Below are positions 1 to 12,173 of a stretch of 64,000 nt of DNA, one piece after another. Every line of letters starts with the position of its first letter. Within the stretch, counting starts at the first letter, position 1. The stretch is from an uncultured Verrucomicrobiae bacterium. Its GTDB lineage: Bacteria > Verrucomicrobiota > Verrucomicrobiia > Opitutales > JABDGR01. The DNA lies in the NCBI GenBank assembly GCA_963765205.1, contig CAVXVB010000007.1, positions 1 through 64,000 of the forward strand, read 5' to 3'. The notes below the pieces were generated by a model. It made no database searches. It saw only the letters and a list, made by a program, of their open reading frames with translations, and was not told the origin of the DNA. Both the position numbers and the translations under genes were made by a program.

Positions 1-2446
1 AGCGCTGCTTTCGCACGTCCGACATCGAGAACGTGGGGCGCACGGCGCGCCACCTCACCTTCTTCGAGATGCTCGGCAACTTCTCTATCGGCGACTACTT
101 CAAGACCGACGCCATCGCCTGGGCGCTCGAGTTCTCAGACCAGCTCGGCATCCCGCGCTCGCGCGTCAAGGTGAGCGTCTTCGGAGGCGACGACCAGGTG
201 CCGGTCGACGCCGAGGCCATCGACATCTGGAAGTCGCACGGCTTCACCGACGCAGACATCGTGCACCTCGGGCGCGGCGACAACTTCTGGGGCAACTGGC
301 GGGCGCCACCGGCCCGTGCGGGCCCTGCACCGAGCTCTACTACGATATGGGTGAGAAGTACGGCTGCGGCCGGCCCGACTGCGGCCCCGGCTGCGAGTGC
401 GACCGCTGGATGGAGTACTGGAACCTCGTCTTCGTGCAGTACGAGATGGACGAGCACGGCGGCCTCTCCACGCTGGCCGCGCAGAGCATCGACACCGGCA
501 TGGGGCTCGAGCGCGTGACCGCCATCCATCAGGGCGTCACCACGGTCTACGAGACCGACGCCTTTCGCTCTCTGATCGCCTTGGGCGAGGAGTTCTCGGG
601 GCAGACCTACGGCTCGAGCGACCCGGTGACCCGTGCCCTGCGCACCATGGCCGAGCACGCCCGCGGCATCGCCTTTCTCATCATGGACGGCGTGCTGCCC
701 GGCAACGAGGGCCGCGACTACGTGCTGCGGCGTATACCGCCGCGCCGTGCAGCAAGGCGTGTCGATCGGCCTCGACGAGCCGTTCCTCGCGCGCTTGTGC
801 GAGCACGTCATCGGCTCGCATGGCCGAGGCCTATCCGCCGCTGCTCGGCGCGCGCGAGGCGATCCTCGAGATCGTCGCCGAAGAAGAGGCGCGTTTCACG
901 CGCACGCTGGCCCAGGGCATGGGCATCCTCGACGAGGCCCTGCGCAGGGGGGGCGACTCCGGCGCCGAGCTGCCTCCGGCCGTCGCCTTCGAGCTGCACG
1001 ACACCTACGGCTTTCCGTTCGACCTCACCCGCGAGATCGTGCAGGACAAGGGCATGAGCGTCGACGAAGAGGGCTTCGAGCGCCTCATGGCCAAGCAGCG
1101 CGAGCGTGCCCGCGCGGCGCAGAAAGCGGGGGAGACCCGCTCCCGGCGAACCTCGAGGCCTTCCAGCGCGACACCGCCGGCGCTCTGGACCACGTTCGTG
1201 GGCTACGAACGCCTCGAGGTCTACTCCATGGTGCGCGCCGCCCGGGTGCTCGCCGACGGGCGCGTGGCGCTCAAGCTCGAAGAATCGCCGTTCTACGCCG
1301 AGGGCGGCGGCCAGGTCGCCGACGCCGGCTGGATCGACCTCGACTCCGGCAAGCTCGACGTGGTCGACGCGGTGGTGCTTTCAAGTCCGACCAGGTCATC
1401 GTCGGCCGCCTCACCGAAGGCAGCGTGGTCGAGGGCGAGCGCGCCAAGGCGATGGTCAACGCCGTGCGCCGTCACCAGACGGCCTGCAACCATACCGCCA
1501 CCCACCTGCTGCACAACGCGCTGCGCATAGTGCTCGGCGACGACGTCCGCCAGGCCGGCTCCCTCGTCACTCCCGACAGGCTGCGCTTCGACTACAAGAC
1601 GCGGCGCGCGCCGACCGTGGCCGAGCTGCGCCAGATCGAAGACCTGGCCAACCGCCGCATCGTCGAGAACCACCCGGTGGAGGCCCTTCGTCACCACGCG
1701 CGAGTACGCCGCCGAGATAGGGCGCCTGGGCGTTCTTCGAAGAGAAGTACGGCGAGTTCGTGCGCGTCCTCGAGATCGACGACTTCAGCCGCGAGCTGCG
1801 CCGGCGGCACGCACGTCTCGTCGACCTCGCAGATCGGCCTCTGCAAGATCACCGCCAGCACCTCGGTGGGCGCCAACACGCGGCGCATCGAGGCGATCAC
1901 CTCGGCCGCGACCTGCACAAAGCACTACCGCGCGGTCGAAGCCCGCGAATACGGCCGTCGCCGACGAGCTCGGCGTGGCCCCCGACCGCGTCGCCGACGC
2001 CGTGCATCGCCGCCTCGAAGAACTCGGCCAGCTCAACAGACGCCGTGCGGGCCGCGCAAAGCGGCGAGCGCCACACGCGCGTCGACGAGTGGGTGGCCGC
2101 GGCGCTCGACGTGGCCGGCGCGACCCTGGTGGCGGGCGCGGTCGAGGTGGGCAAGCCCGACGACCTGCTGGCGCTGGCCGACGAGGTGCGCGCGGCCCTG
2201 CCCGACGCGGCCGTCGCCCTGCTGGCCGACCTCGACGGGCGCGTCGCCGTGGTGGTGACCTTGCCCGACGCCCTCGTCGGCCGCGGATTGCGCGCCGGCG
2301 ACGTGCTGGCCGCCATGATGCCGGCCGTAGGCGGTCGCGGCGGCGGCAAGCCGACCCTGGCCCGCGGCGGCGGCACCGACGCGAGCGGCATGGGCGCCGC
2401 CCTCGAGGCGGGCATCGCCAAGGTCAGGCAGCTCCTTGGAGCGTAG
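1..2446 (+). CDS. alaS: Alanyl-tRNA synthetase, 5'-truncated by the window and broken by many frameshifts (probably sequencing errors)
   Basis: AlaRS motifs are spread across all three frames: [105 protein letters not shown] and C-terminal [15 protein letters not shown]. Stop at 2446. Confidence 0.93.
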
Positions 2447-2448
2447 AG

Positions 2449-2860
2449 GTGCGGCTCCTGGGGGGCGCTCGACTACGGCGTCGCGCGCACGGGCGTGGCG
2501 ATCTCCGACGAGACCGGCAGCATTGCCCGTCCCCTGACGGTCGTGGCTCGCGCGGGCTCGGCGGCCGGCCTCGAGACCTGCTCAGAGAAGGAAGCTCGTG
2601 GCCGCCGAAGGCGTGTCGCTGGTCGTCGTAGGCCTGCCGGCTGGCCTGACGGCGCCGAGCACGGTCAGGCGCGCGAAGTGCGCTCGTTCGTGGCTCGCCT
2701 CAAACGCACCATCGACGTGCCGGTCGTGCTCTACGACTGAAGCGCTTCACCACGGCGATCGCCCCTATACTTGCGCGGTGGCAAAGGCGCACTCGACGCG
2801 CGCGCCGCCGCGCAGATCCTCGAGGACTACCTGAGTTCGAATGTGGGCTCCTCCAGCTGA
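2449..2860 (+). CDS. ruvX: Holliday junction resolvase-like RuvX/YqgF, frameshifted
   Basis: Reads VRLL.. LDYG..RTGVAISDETGSIARPL, then VVVGLP, DVPVVLYD, RFTT and QILEDYL across frames. It sits directly after alaS, its usual position. Confidence 0.8.
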
Positions 2861-2975
2861 TCTCGGCCGCTTGCGGCGGGAAGGATGTCGGACGCCGGGC
2901 GCCAAGCTTGTCTTGCGGCGGCCGGCGCCTCGCCGCGTCCGCGGGTCCCGACCATTCCACGCTGGGGGCGAGCAC

Positions 2976-3837
2976 ATGACGACGATCGCAGGAACCACCG
3001 TCCTGGCCGGCATCATCGGCTGGCCCGTGACGCATTCGCTCTCCCCGGCCATGCACAACGCCGCCTTTGCCGCCCTGGGCCTCGACATGGCCTATGTGCC
3101 CCTGCCCGTGGCCCCCGACTCGACGCTCAAGACGGCGGTCAAGGGCCTGCGCGGCCTCGGGTTTCGGGGAGCCAACGTGACCATGCCGCACAAAAGGGCC
3201 GTGGCGCCCTTCCTCGACCGCGTCGCCGACGACGCCCGGCTCATCGCCGCCGTGAACACCATCGTCGTCGACGGCGGCGTCCTCGTGGGCTACAACACCG
3301 ACGTCGGGGGGTTCGTCGCGGCGCTGCAGGAGACGGTCAGCGAGCCGCTCGCCGGCGCCTCGGCGCTGGTGCTCGGCGCCGGCGGCGCGCGCGCGCGCCT
3401 CCGCGCTCGGCCTGCTGCGGGTCGGCGTGCGTCGCTGTACGGTCGTCAACCGTACGGTGAGTCACGCCGAGAAGCTCGCCGCCCTGCTGCAGCCCGCCGA
3501 CGAGGGCGCGCGTTTCCAGCTCGTGGTGCTCGATGCGTGCCCACCGCCGCCCAGGCCGCGCCTGGTGGACATCGTGGTCAACGCGACCGCCCTCGGCATG
3601 GCCGGCTCGCTTAAAGTGCCGCGCGTTTTGGTCGATAACATCCAGCGTGACCACATCGTGTACGACGTGGTCTACGGACAGCGGCCGACCGACGCCGACT
3701 CGAACGTGCCCGAGAGACGGGAGCGCGGGCGATCGACGGCTTGACCATGCTCGTTTGGCAGGCCGCGCTCTCGCTTCGAACTGTGGACGGGCCGGGCCGC
3801 GCCACTGGAAGTGATGCGGAGTGCCGCACGACGATAA
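2976..3837 (+). CDS. aroE: Shikimate dehydrogenase, frameshifted
   Basis: Motifs IIGWPVTHSLSPAMHNAAF, GANVTMPHK, AVNTI, GYNTDVGGF, VLGAGG, TVVNRT, VVNATALGM, YDVVY and DGLTMLVWQAA. Confidence 0.88.
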
Positions 3838-3855
3838 GAGTCGGGACGCGGTCGC

Positions 3856-5938
3856 GTGGCGACTCGCCAGGGAGAGCCGCCGGCGATCGAGGTAGTCTCG
3901 ACCGACGGCCGAGAGCCCGACGACATCGACGACTGGAGCGACTACGCACCCAACGCCGACAAGGGGGCCGACGGCTTCGTGAGCACAGGCCACGACCAGA
4001 CTCTTGGACCCCGACGAGGGCTTCGACTCCCTCTCCGGCTTAGCCGAGGCCGACGTGCTCGACACGCTCGGGCCGACCGAGTTCGACGACGAGGTCGAGA
4101 CCGGTAAGGTCATCGAGATCGCCGCCGGCGCTGACTCCGAGTCGGCGATCGCCGCGGTCACCCCCGACGAGCCCAAGCTGGGCGGCGTCAACGAAGTCCT
4201 CGAACGGCTGTTACCTGCCGACGCGGCCGCCGCCACCGGCCAGCCGGCGCCCCTGCGCGCCAGCAAAAAGCGCCTCGGCGAGATCCTCGTCGACATGCAG
4301 GCCGTCACCGCCGAGCAGATCGACGAGAGCCTGGCGCGCCAGAAAGAGACGCACAAGCGTCTCGGCGAGCAGCTCTTAGACGACAAGCTCGTCTCCGGCT
4401 TGACCTCACCAAAGCGCTGGCCACCAAGTTCGGCATCGAATACCTCGACCTCACCACCCTGCAGATCGACATGTCCGCCGCCGGCCTGTTGTCGGAACGG
4501 CTGTGCCGGCGCTACTCCGCCATACCAGTGCGCTTTCTCGACGACAGCACCCTGCAGGTCGCCATGATCGACCCGGCCAACGTCCTGATCGCCGACGACC
4601 TGCGCATCATGACGGGCTACACGATCGTGCCGGCCATCGCCAGCGAAGAAGACATCGTGGGCGCCATCGGCAAGCTGAACCGGCTCGACCACCAGGTCAC
4701 CGCGGCCAACGACCTGAGCGTGGGCGGCGAGGACGAGATCACCGACATCCGCGAGATGACCGAGGAACCGCCTATCGTCAAGCTGGTGAACTTGGTGATC
4801 GCGCAGTCCGTCGACGACGCCGCCAGCGACATCCACTTCGAACCGCAGGCCAAGGATCTACTTAACTGCGCTTCCGCCTCGACGGCGTGCTGCACGAGGT
4901 CATGTCGGTGCCGCGCCGCATGCAGAACGGGGTCATCAGCCGGCTCAAAGTCATGGCCGAGCTCGACATCGCCGAGCGCCGCGTGCCGCAAGACGGGCGC
5001 ATAGGCCTCGTGGTCGGCGGCAAGCCCATCGACATGCGCGTCGCCACGCTGCCCACCGTGTACGGCGAAAAGATCGTCTACGCGCCTGCTCGACAAGAAG
5101 AGCAACGTCATGCTCGACCTGGCCCACTTGGGGTTCGCGCCCAAGGCGCTCAAGCGCTACCAGCGCTCGTTCACCAGGCCGTACGGCGCCATCCTCGTCA
5201 CCGGCCCGACGGGCTCCGGCAAGTCGACCACCCTGTATGCGACCCTCAACCTCATCAACTTGCCCGAGAAGAACGTGATCACCGTCGAAGACCCGGTCGA
5301 GTATCGCCTGCCGGGCATCAACCAGGTCCAGGCGAACCCCAGGGCCGGCATGACCTTCCCGGCCGCCCTGCGCTCCATCCGGCGCTGCGACCCCGACATC
5401 TAAACGGCGGGCGAGGTCCGCGACCGTGAGACCGCGAACATCGCCATCGAGTCGGCCCTTACCGGCCACCTCGTGCTCACCACGCTCCACACCAACGACG
5501 CGCCAGGCGCGCTGTCTCGTCTCACCGAAGATGGGCATCGAACAGTTCCTCACCTCGTCGGCCGTGGACTGCGATCGTGCTCAGCGCCTGGCGCGTCGCC
5601 TTCTCGCCAGCAATGCAAGGAGCCGTACGAGCCGTCTGAAGAGATGCTCAAGAAAAGTGACTTTCCACCCGAAGTCTTCGACATGGGCAAGGTGACGTTG
5701 TACCACCCGAAAGGCTGCCCACGGTGCAACAACACGGGCTACAAAGGTCGACTCGGCATCTACGAGGTCATGATCGTGAGCGAGGCCATCCGCAGGCCGG
5801 CACCGTCCACGCAAGAGCGCCGACGAGATCAGCCGCGTGGCGCAGGCCGAAGGCATGAAGAACCTGCGCGAGGACGGCATCGACAAGGTGCTTCAGGGGC
5901 TCACGTCGATCGAAGAGATCGCCAGGGTCATCATCTGA
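3856..5938 (+). CDS. pilB: Type IV pilus assembly ATPase PilB/GspE family with an acidic N-terminal extension, frameshifted
   Basis: MshEN-like [31 protein letters not shown], Walker [34 protein letters not shown], Zn motif [18 protein letters not shown] and C-terminal [13 protein letters not shown]; stop at 5936-5938. Confidence 0.88.
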
Positions 5939-5965
5939 CAATCGGTTTGCGAAGGGACGAAACCA

Positions 5966-5986
5966 ATGGATCTTGTCGATATTCTG
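5966..5986 (+). other. First 7 codons (MDLVDIL) of the gene after pilB, probably pilT, cut off at a sequence junction
   Basis: A GAAGGGAC ribosome-binding-like sequence at 5951 precedes the ATG at 5966. MDLVDIL resembles PilT N-termini and pilT usually follows pilB. The sequence then runs straight into the reverse strand of an unrelated gene. Confidence 0.45.
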
Positions 5987-7506
5987 GCGGCCAGTTTCAT
6001 CAATTCATCGTCCGGCATCGTGGACCAGAGAAAATACGAGAGCCGCGACGCCAAAGAATACTCGTCCACTGGCGCAAACGGACCGGCCGAGCCCGCCGCC
6101 ACTGCGAGTTGCTCGATGCGGAAAAGGAACCGCGGCGACGCCAGCACCGCCACCATCGCCTGCGCCACTCCCTGTTCAAAGGTCTTGCCGGGCGCGCTGT
6201 AAATCTTCTCCGCAATATTCACGAGGTTGTTGAGGCTGTCCTCCGGAACCGGGCGGCGGAATGCCTTGGTGGCAAATGCACCCAGCAATTCCCGCGCGTA
6301 GGCGCGGCGCGCGGCCGGGTCGGCCGGGGCTTCGTCGCGGGTGAAAAACCGCTCGTAATTGGCCGGGTGTTTCCATGTGGACGGGTCGGTCGGGCCTTGC
6401 ACTGTGACTTTGCGCAGTTGGTAGGCAATCACGCTCTTCGTGCCGCCCGCCAGAGGCTTGAGATCCACCGTGACTTGGTGGTCGCCCGGCTGCCAATGCA
6501 CGTGAAAAGTCTCAAACCAGGAGGGGTATATTTCCGAACCGTAATTGGTGCCGTGCCAGGGATAGACTTTTTGACTGACTTGCTGGTCATCCAAATTAAT
6601 CGTGACCGTTGCATTCGCAGTGGTGAAGGTGATATCGCTCCCCAACCCTTCCTCAAACGCCACATCATAATCCCCCTCCTGCGTAATCGAAAAAGTGTGG
6701 CTGACCTTCGCCGGCGTGAAATAGCTCATGCTCGCGCCGGTTTTGCCCGTCTCCGCGTCCAGGAACTGCCGGCCCGTCGCCAATTGCGTCGCCATGACCC
6801 GGGAGGTGCTCGGGACAGCCTGGTCCACCACCGTCTGCGCGGCGGCCAGGTATTTTTCCATGAGCAGCGGCGAGACATTGAGCACATCCGCTATGTTATC
6901 AAAACCATAGCCAATGTCGTCGGAAGGAAATTCCACGTCCGTGTTGAAGTCCACGCCGAGCAGGTCGTGGATCGTATTGCGGTATTCGACGCGATTAAGC
7001 CGGTGGACCGTCACATGGCCGGGGTCAAAATTTTGCGGATCCACACCGAAGGCGGCGAATTTTATCCAGTTATCCAGTGTGGCTTGATCCTTCGGTGACA
7101 GCCGTGGGTTGCCCTCGGCGGGCATGATACCCGAACGGGTGTATTTGATCACCTTAAACCATAATTCGGGATTATTCAGGATCTGGTCATCCGTCGTCAA
7201 TTTGTCAAACGCCACATTCCCGCTGCTTTCACCATTGCCGTGGCACTCGTAGCAGTGTTCCGCCAAAATCGGCTCGATGTTTTTGTGGAACTCCGCCAGC
7301 CCGGGATTCTCCGGGGGGGGGGGTGCCGGGCTGGCTGCGGACGCCGCCGGCGCCGCCTTGGCCATCACCATGGAAGGGGCTGGGGCGTCATGGTGCAACA
7401 AATCGTAAGCCACCGGAATGGCGCCGATCAGTAATGCGGGCACGCCAAATCCTGCCGCCAGCACGAGCCACGCGCTAATCCTGTCTTCTGCTCCTTGGTC
7501 TTTCAT
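5987..7506 (-). CDS. Planctomycete/Verrucomicrobia cytochrome-c PSD-domain protein (PSCyt1, DUF1587, DUF1595, start of DUF1592), 3'-truncated at the junction
   Basis: N-terminal transmembrane segment, heme motif [46 protein letters not shown] and [27 protein letters not shown]. Homology stops abruptly at about 5987. Confidence 0.85.
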
Positions 7507-7917
7507 TGGGGGGGTGGCCGTCCATATTACGACAGAGCCATCCGATGGCAAATTGATTTTGCAAAAAATAACGGGGACTTCATGGATCTATCATCTTTAC
7601 TTCAGTCTCGTTCGCCTGCGCGACTTTTATAGCCGGTGCAAAGCTCCAAATCCATGCCTGCGAGCGTTATTCTCGGAGAACCCATCCAGCACACCCTGTC
7701 GTTCGCTACTGTTGAGTGGGCTGAGGGGTGAAACAAAGATGCAACCGCGGTGTTTTTTCCAAGCTTCTTTATGCGATTAGCGGGGTTTTGTTATGCGCAT
7801 TAAAAAGCATTACCCTCATTATGGCTTAGGGGCCTCCCCTATTTATCAAGCCTTTTGTCTTTCATCCCCGTCCCTTCTCGAATAGAATTATTTCCGCCGC
7901 TCCCCCGGAAGCATCCC

Positions 7918-9737
7918 ATGAATGCCGCCCTCGCCCTCGCCGGGATGCTGCTGGCCGCCGCCACGCCGGCCAGCCCACCCCGCCCCCCGAGTGCCCGGGC
8001 CTACTTGCCCAACTTAACCGTCAACGGCCAACCCGCTGTCATCATGTTCGACACCGGTGCCGCCTCGTCGTTTCTCTTCGACTCGTCGGTGCCTTGGCTC
8101 AACTTGCAATTTACGCCGGTTCCCGCAGACAATTCGAAAAACTCCGCCGGATCCGAATCGCCCGCGCTCGGCCTTTCCGCCCCCGCACAGATAAAATTTG
8201 GGGCCGATTCCTTCACCGCCCAGTTTAAAATTTATTCCGGTGACCTCTGGAGTGAAACCATCCCGCAAAAATTGGACGGGGCCATCGGCTGGCCGGAACT
8301 TCGCACTAATCTCCTAGTTTTCGATCCCGTCACCCATACGATTTCCGCGCCCTCCACTCCCTCTGACACGACTGGCTGGCTGAAGCTGTCCATCCACCCC
8401 GCCAACGAACTTGTCCTCGAAATCCCCCAGCCCGAAGGCAAAACCGGCTTGCTGCTCGTGGATACGGGCCGGCCCGGTGGCCTCGCCCTCCTCCCGCCCC
8501 AGTGGAAGGATTGGACCACCGCCCACCCCCAAGCCAGCATCGGCTCCGCGATTCTCATCCATCCCACCGCGCCTGCGGATCGCGCCAAAATCACGACTCC
8601 CATGGCGTGGGCCGATGCGGTTAATCTTGGTCCTCTGAATTTGACCCAGGTGCCCGTCGAGGAAGCGGACGCGCGCGACCTCACCGGCCTCGATAATCCC
8701 GTAGGTGTCATCGGCCTCGGTGCGCTCGAACGCCTGGATCTCGTGGTGGACGGACCCACAACCTTGCTTACCTGCATCCCTTGCCTGCCGGTGCCTTGGC
8801 GAAGGTGGGGTTGGATTGGACCGTGGCCCCCAGCGTGCGGCTTAATCCAAATCACTTGCTTGCCGATGCACCGCTTTTCAACGCCGGCCTCGAACTCTCC
8901 GCTGGCAATTATGACGCCGCCATCGCCGACTTTGGCCGCTGCCTCGAACTCGACCCCAAAAACCAGGCCGCCGCCCTCGGCCGCGCCACCGCCAAATTGA
9001 GAAAGAACGATTACGCCGGCGCCATTGCCGACTATAACCTCCTGCTCATCCTCAATCCGAATGACCTCGCCGCTTACAGCAACCGCGGCCTAGCCCGGCA
9101 AAATACCGGCGACGTGGATGGCGCCATCGCCGACTTTACCCAAGTCCTCGAAGCCAACCCACGCTACGCCGCCATTTACAACAACCGCGGCTTTGCCAAA
9201 ATGCTCAAGGCTGATTTCGAAGGCGCGCTCCCCGACTTCGACCAGGCCCTCGCGCTGGGACAACGCGATGCGAAAACCTACTTCAACCGCGCCAAAGCCC
9301 GCTTCGCCCAATCCGACTTTGCCGGCGCCGCCGCCGATTATGCCAACGGTGTTGAGTTGCAGCCCGATGCCAACTACCCCCGCTTCTTTTTTGCCCTCGC
9401 CCTGCGCCGCTTGCAGCGCGACGACACCCCCGCCGGCCTCGCCGCGGTCGTCCCCACCTGGAAGGAGGGCTGGCCCAAAACCGTCGGCCTCTTTTTAATC
9501 GGAAATTTGACCGAAGCCGACTTCCTCGCCGCCGCCGCAGTGGATCCCAAGAGCGCCGCCCCTCACCAATGCGAAGCCTTTTATTACGCTGGCATGGCTC
9601 ATTTGATGAAAAATGAAACGGACGCCGCCCGCACCCTCTTTACCCAGTGTATTGCGACCGGCGCCAGCACGCTTACCGAATATAGCTTCGCCCGCATTGA
9701 ACTCGCCCTACTGAAACAGCCCGCTCCTGCGCCCTGA
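7918..9737 (+). CDS. Exported protein with tandem retropepsin-like aspartic protease domains and C-terminal TPRs; one probable C-run frameshift near 8756
   Basis: Signal peptide MNAALALAGMLLAAA, MFDTGA, LDGAIG, LLVDTGR and GVIGLGAL. Adding one C at ggaccc joins it to TPRs (AYSNRGLARQ, IYNNRGFAK) and an NlpI-like end CEAFYYAG. Confidence 0.75.
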
Positions 9738-9863
9738 TCCTTCGCGCGGTGAGCTTGTCGAATCTTTCTACGGGTCTCGCCCCGCCCAATCCGCTCCCTA
9801 AAAATCTCCCGCCCCAGCCTTGCATCCCGCGCCGTCGCCCGCTTTAGTGTCCGCTTTCCCGCC

Positions 9864-10970
9864 GTGACCTCGCGCCCGCGTTCCCCCTTTGCCTTCCAGG
9901 AAGTCGGCCTCGTCCTCGTCGTGCTCGTGATGGGCCTGGCCCTCACGTTTTTCGGCGGGACCGTCCGCCAGCCCAAGCTCGAACGCGGCCCGACCGGCGA
10001 AATCCAGCCCGTTCTCGACGCCGCAGGCGAAAGAATTTTTGTCGAGCGCAACAAATTCTTCAACCCGCAAAGCCTCGCGCAACTCGCCAAAGACACCAGC
10101 TTCATCGGCATCATGGCGGTCGGCATGGCCGTCGTCATTATTTCCGGCGGCATTGATTTGTCGGTTGGCGCGATTTACGCCCTGGCCGCCGTGCTCAGCG
10201 CGCTCGCCCTGCGCCACTTCGGCCCGACCGGCCCCGGCGCAGGCGCGCACCCGGCGCTCAACGTCCCCCTCGCGGTCGTGATTTGCGTCGGCGTCGGGCT
10301 GCTCTGCGGCCTGGTGAATGGCGGCCTGATTGTCGGCCTGCGCATGCACCCGTTTATTATCACGCTCGGCACCATGGCGATTTTTCGCGGCATCGCCCTG
10401 GTCGTTAGTGGCGGCCAGTCCATCGGCGACTTTCCTCCGCAACTGCAAAACCTCGTCAAATTTCAGGTTGGGGATGGCCTCACGCTCGTGCCGCCGCTCG
10501 TGATGCTGGTGGTCATGGCCGCCGGCTGGATCTTTTTGGCCCGCCTCGCCGCCGGCCGGCGCGTCTTTGCCGTCGGTGGCAACGAAGTCGCCGCGCAATA
10601 CAGCGGCATCCCGGTGCGCAAAGTCAAACTCGGCGTCTATCTCTGGAGCGGCGGCCTGGCCGGCCTCGCCGCGCTGCTGGCCATGGGCTATTACGGCTCC
10701 GCTTCCTCGGGCGACGGCAATGGCTACGAACTTAATGTGGTGGCTGCGGCGGTGGTCGGGGGCGCGAGCTTGAGCGGCGGCCGCGGCTCCGCGCTGGGCG
10801 CGATGCTCGGCGCGCTCATTATCCAGATGATCACCACTGGCATCATCATCCTCGGCATTGACCAAAACTACAGCCAGATCATCACCGGCGCGGTCGTCGT
10901 GGCCGCCGTCGTGCTCGACAAATTCAATTCCTGGCTCACCCAGCGCCGCCTCGCCCGCCGCGCGGGGTAA
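9864..10970 (+). CDS. Monosaccharide ABC transporter permease (RbsC/BPD_transp_2 family)
   Basis: VIISGGIDLSVG, PFIITLGTM, GRRVFAVGGNEVAAQYSGI and GNGYELNVVAAAVVGGASLSGGRG. Confidence 0.92.
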   Translation: MTSRPRSPFAFQEVGLVLVVLVMGLALTFFGGTVRQPKLERGPTGEIQPVLDAAGERIFVERNKFFNPQSLAQLAKDTSFIGIMAVGMAVVIISGGIDLSVGAIYALAAVLSALALRHFGPTGPGAGAHPALNVPLAVVICVGVGLLCGLVNGGLIVGLRMHPFIITLGTMAIFRGIALVVSGGQSIGDFPPQLQNLVKFQVGDGLTLVPPLVMLVVMAAGWIFLARLAAGRRVFAVGGNEVAAQYSGIPVRKVKLGVYLWSGGLAGLAALLAMGYYGSASSGDGNGYELNVVAAAVVGGASLSGGRGSALGAMLGALIIQMITTGIIILGIDQNYSQIITGAVVVAAVVLDKFNSWLTQRRLARRAG

Positions 10971-11159
10971 GGCGTTCACAGGCAAGACGCCAAGAGCACA
11001 AAGCAAGTTTTTGCAGTAAATATCGCTCTTTGCGTCCTTCGCGCCTTGGCGGTGAAAATTCATTCCATCCCAACCACAACCACAAGATTGCATTTTCCGG
11101 CCACTTCCCCAAACTAGCCACACCCCGTATCGTTTTTACCCCCAACCCGCCTCCACCCC

Positions 11160-12173
11160 ATGCGTCTCCGTTTATCCCTCCTCGCTCCGCTCGCGTCACT
11201 GGCCCTGCTTCTCGCCTCGTGTGGCGGCAACCAATCGGCCTCCTCCGGCTCCTCCGCCGCGGCCACCCCGGCCGCCGCTAAAAAAATCGTGATTGGCATT
11301 GTCGCCAAATCCAACGCCAACCCCGTTTTCCAAGTCGCCCGCGTCGGCGCGGAAGCCGCCGCCAAGCGCCTGAGCGCGCAATATAATATGGATATCTCGA
11401 TTGATTGGCGCACGCCGCCCGACAAGGAAAACGCCCAAATGCAGGCCGACAACATTGAGGAACTGGTCACCCTCGGCGCCAGCGGCATTGCCGTCTCCTG
11501 CTCGGACGCCAACAAAGTCACCGACGCCATCAACCACGCCGTCTCCAGCGGCATCCCCGTCGTCACCTTCGATTCTGACGCCCCCCAAAGCAACCGCTTC
11601 GCCATCTATGGCACGGACGATGAAAAATGCGGCCAGCAGGTCATGGCCGATCTCGCCAAAATTATGGACGGCAAAGGCGTTGTCGCCATCCTGGCCGGCA
11701 ACCCCAACGCACCCAACCTTCAGAAGCGCGTGCAGGCCGTCAAGGACGAAGCCAAAAAATATCCCGGCATAACTATTTTGGGTGTCATTAATCATGTGGA
11801 AACCCCCGCAGACGGCGCCGCCGCCGTGGAGGAGACGATGCAGGCCAACCCGCAAATCACCGGCTGGGCGATGGTGGGCGGCTGGCCCCTCTTCACCGAG
11901 AACGCCCTCAAATGGGCCCCCGGCACCGTCAAGTGCGTCTCGGTGGACGCGCTCCCTGCCCAGCTTGCCTATATTCGCGACGGCCACGTCCAGGAACTCC
12001 TCGCCCAGCAATGCTATGAATGGGGCAATATGTCCGTCAATTTGCTGGTGGACAAAATCGTGAACAACAAGACCCCGCCCGCCCCCTTTGTGGACAGCCC
12101 CCTCGTCCCCGTCACCCAAGCCAACGTGGAGGACTACGCCAAAAACTGGGACGTGTGGCTGCCGAAAAAGTAA
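11160..12173 (+). CDS. Monosaccharide ABC transporter substrate-binding lipoprotein (Peripla_BP_4)
   Basis: Lipobox LLASC, SNANPVF, GIPVVTFDSDAP, GNPNAPNLQKRV and VSVDALPAQL. Confidence 0.9.
   Translation: MRLRLSLLAPLASLALLLASCGGNQSASSGSSAAATPAAAKKIVIGIVAKSNANPVFQVARVGAEAAAKRLSAQYNMDISIDWRTPPDKENAQMQADNIEELVTLGASGIAVSCSDANKVTDAINHAVSSGIPVVTFDSDAPQSNRFAIYGTDDEKCGQQVMADLAKIMDGKGVVAILAGNPNAPNLQKRVQAVKDEAKKYPGITILGVINHVETPADGAAAVEETMQANPQITGWAMVGGWPLFTENALKWAPGTVKCVSVDALPAQLAYIRDGHVQELLAQQCYEWGNMSVNLLVDKIVNNKTPPAPFVDSPLVPVTQANVEDYAKNWDVWLPKK

Noticed and set aside
1..5938. Genuine pseudogenisation or programmed frameshifting of alaS, ruvX, aroE and pilB
   Set aside because: Indels hit all four genes densely, including an essential synthetase, while motifs remain intact. 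This pattern fits a low-coverage sequencing consensus.
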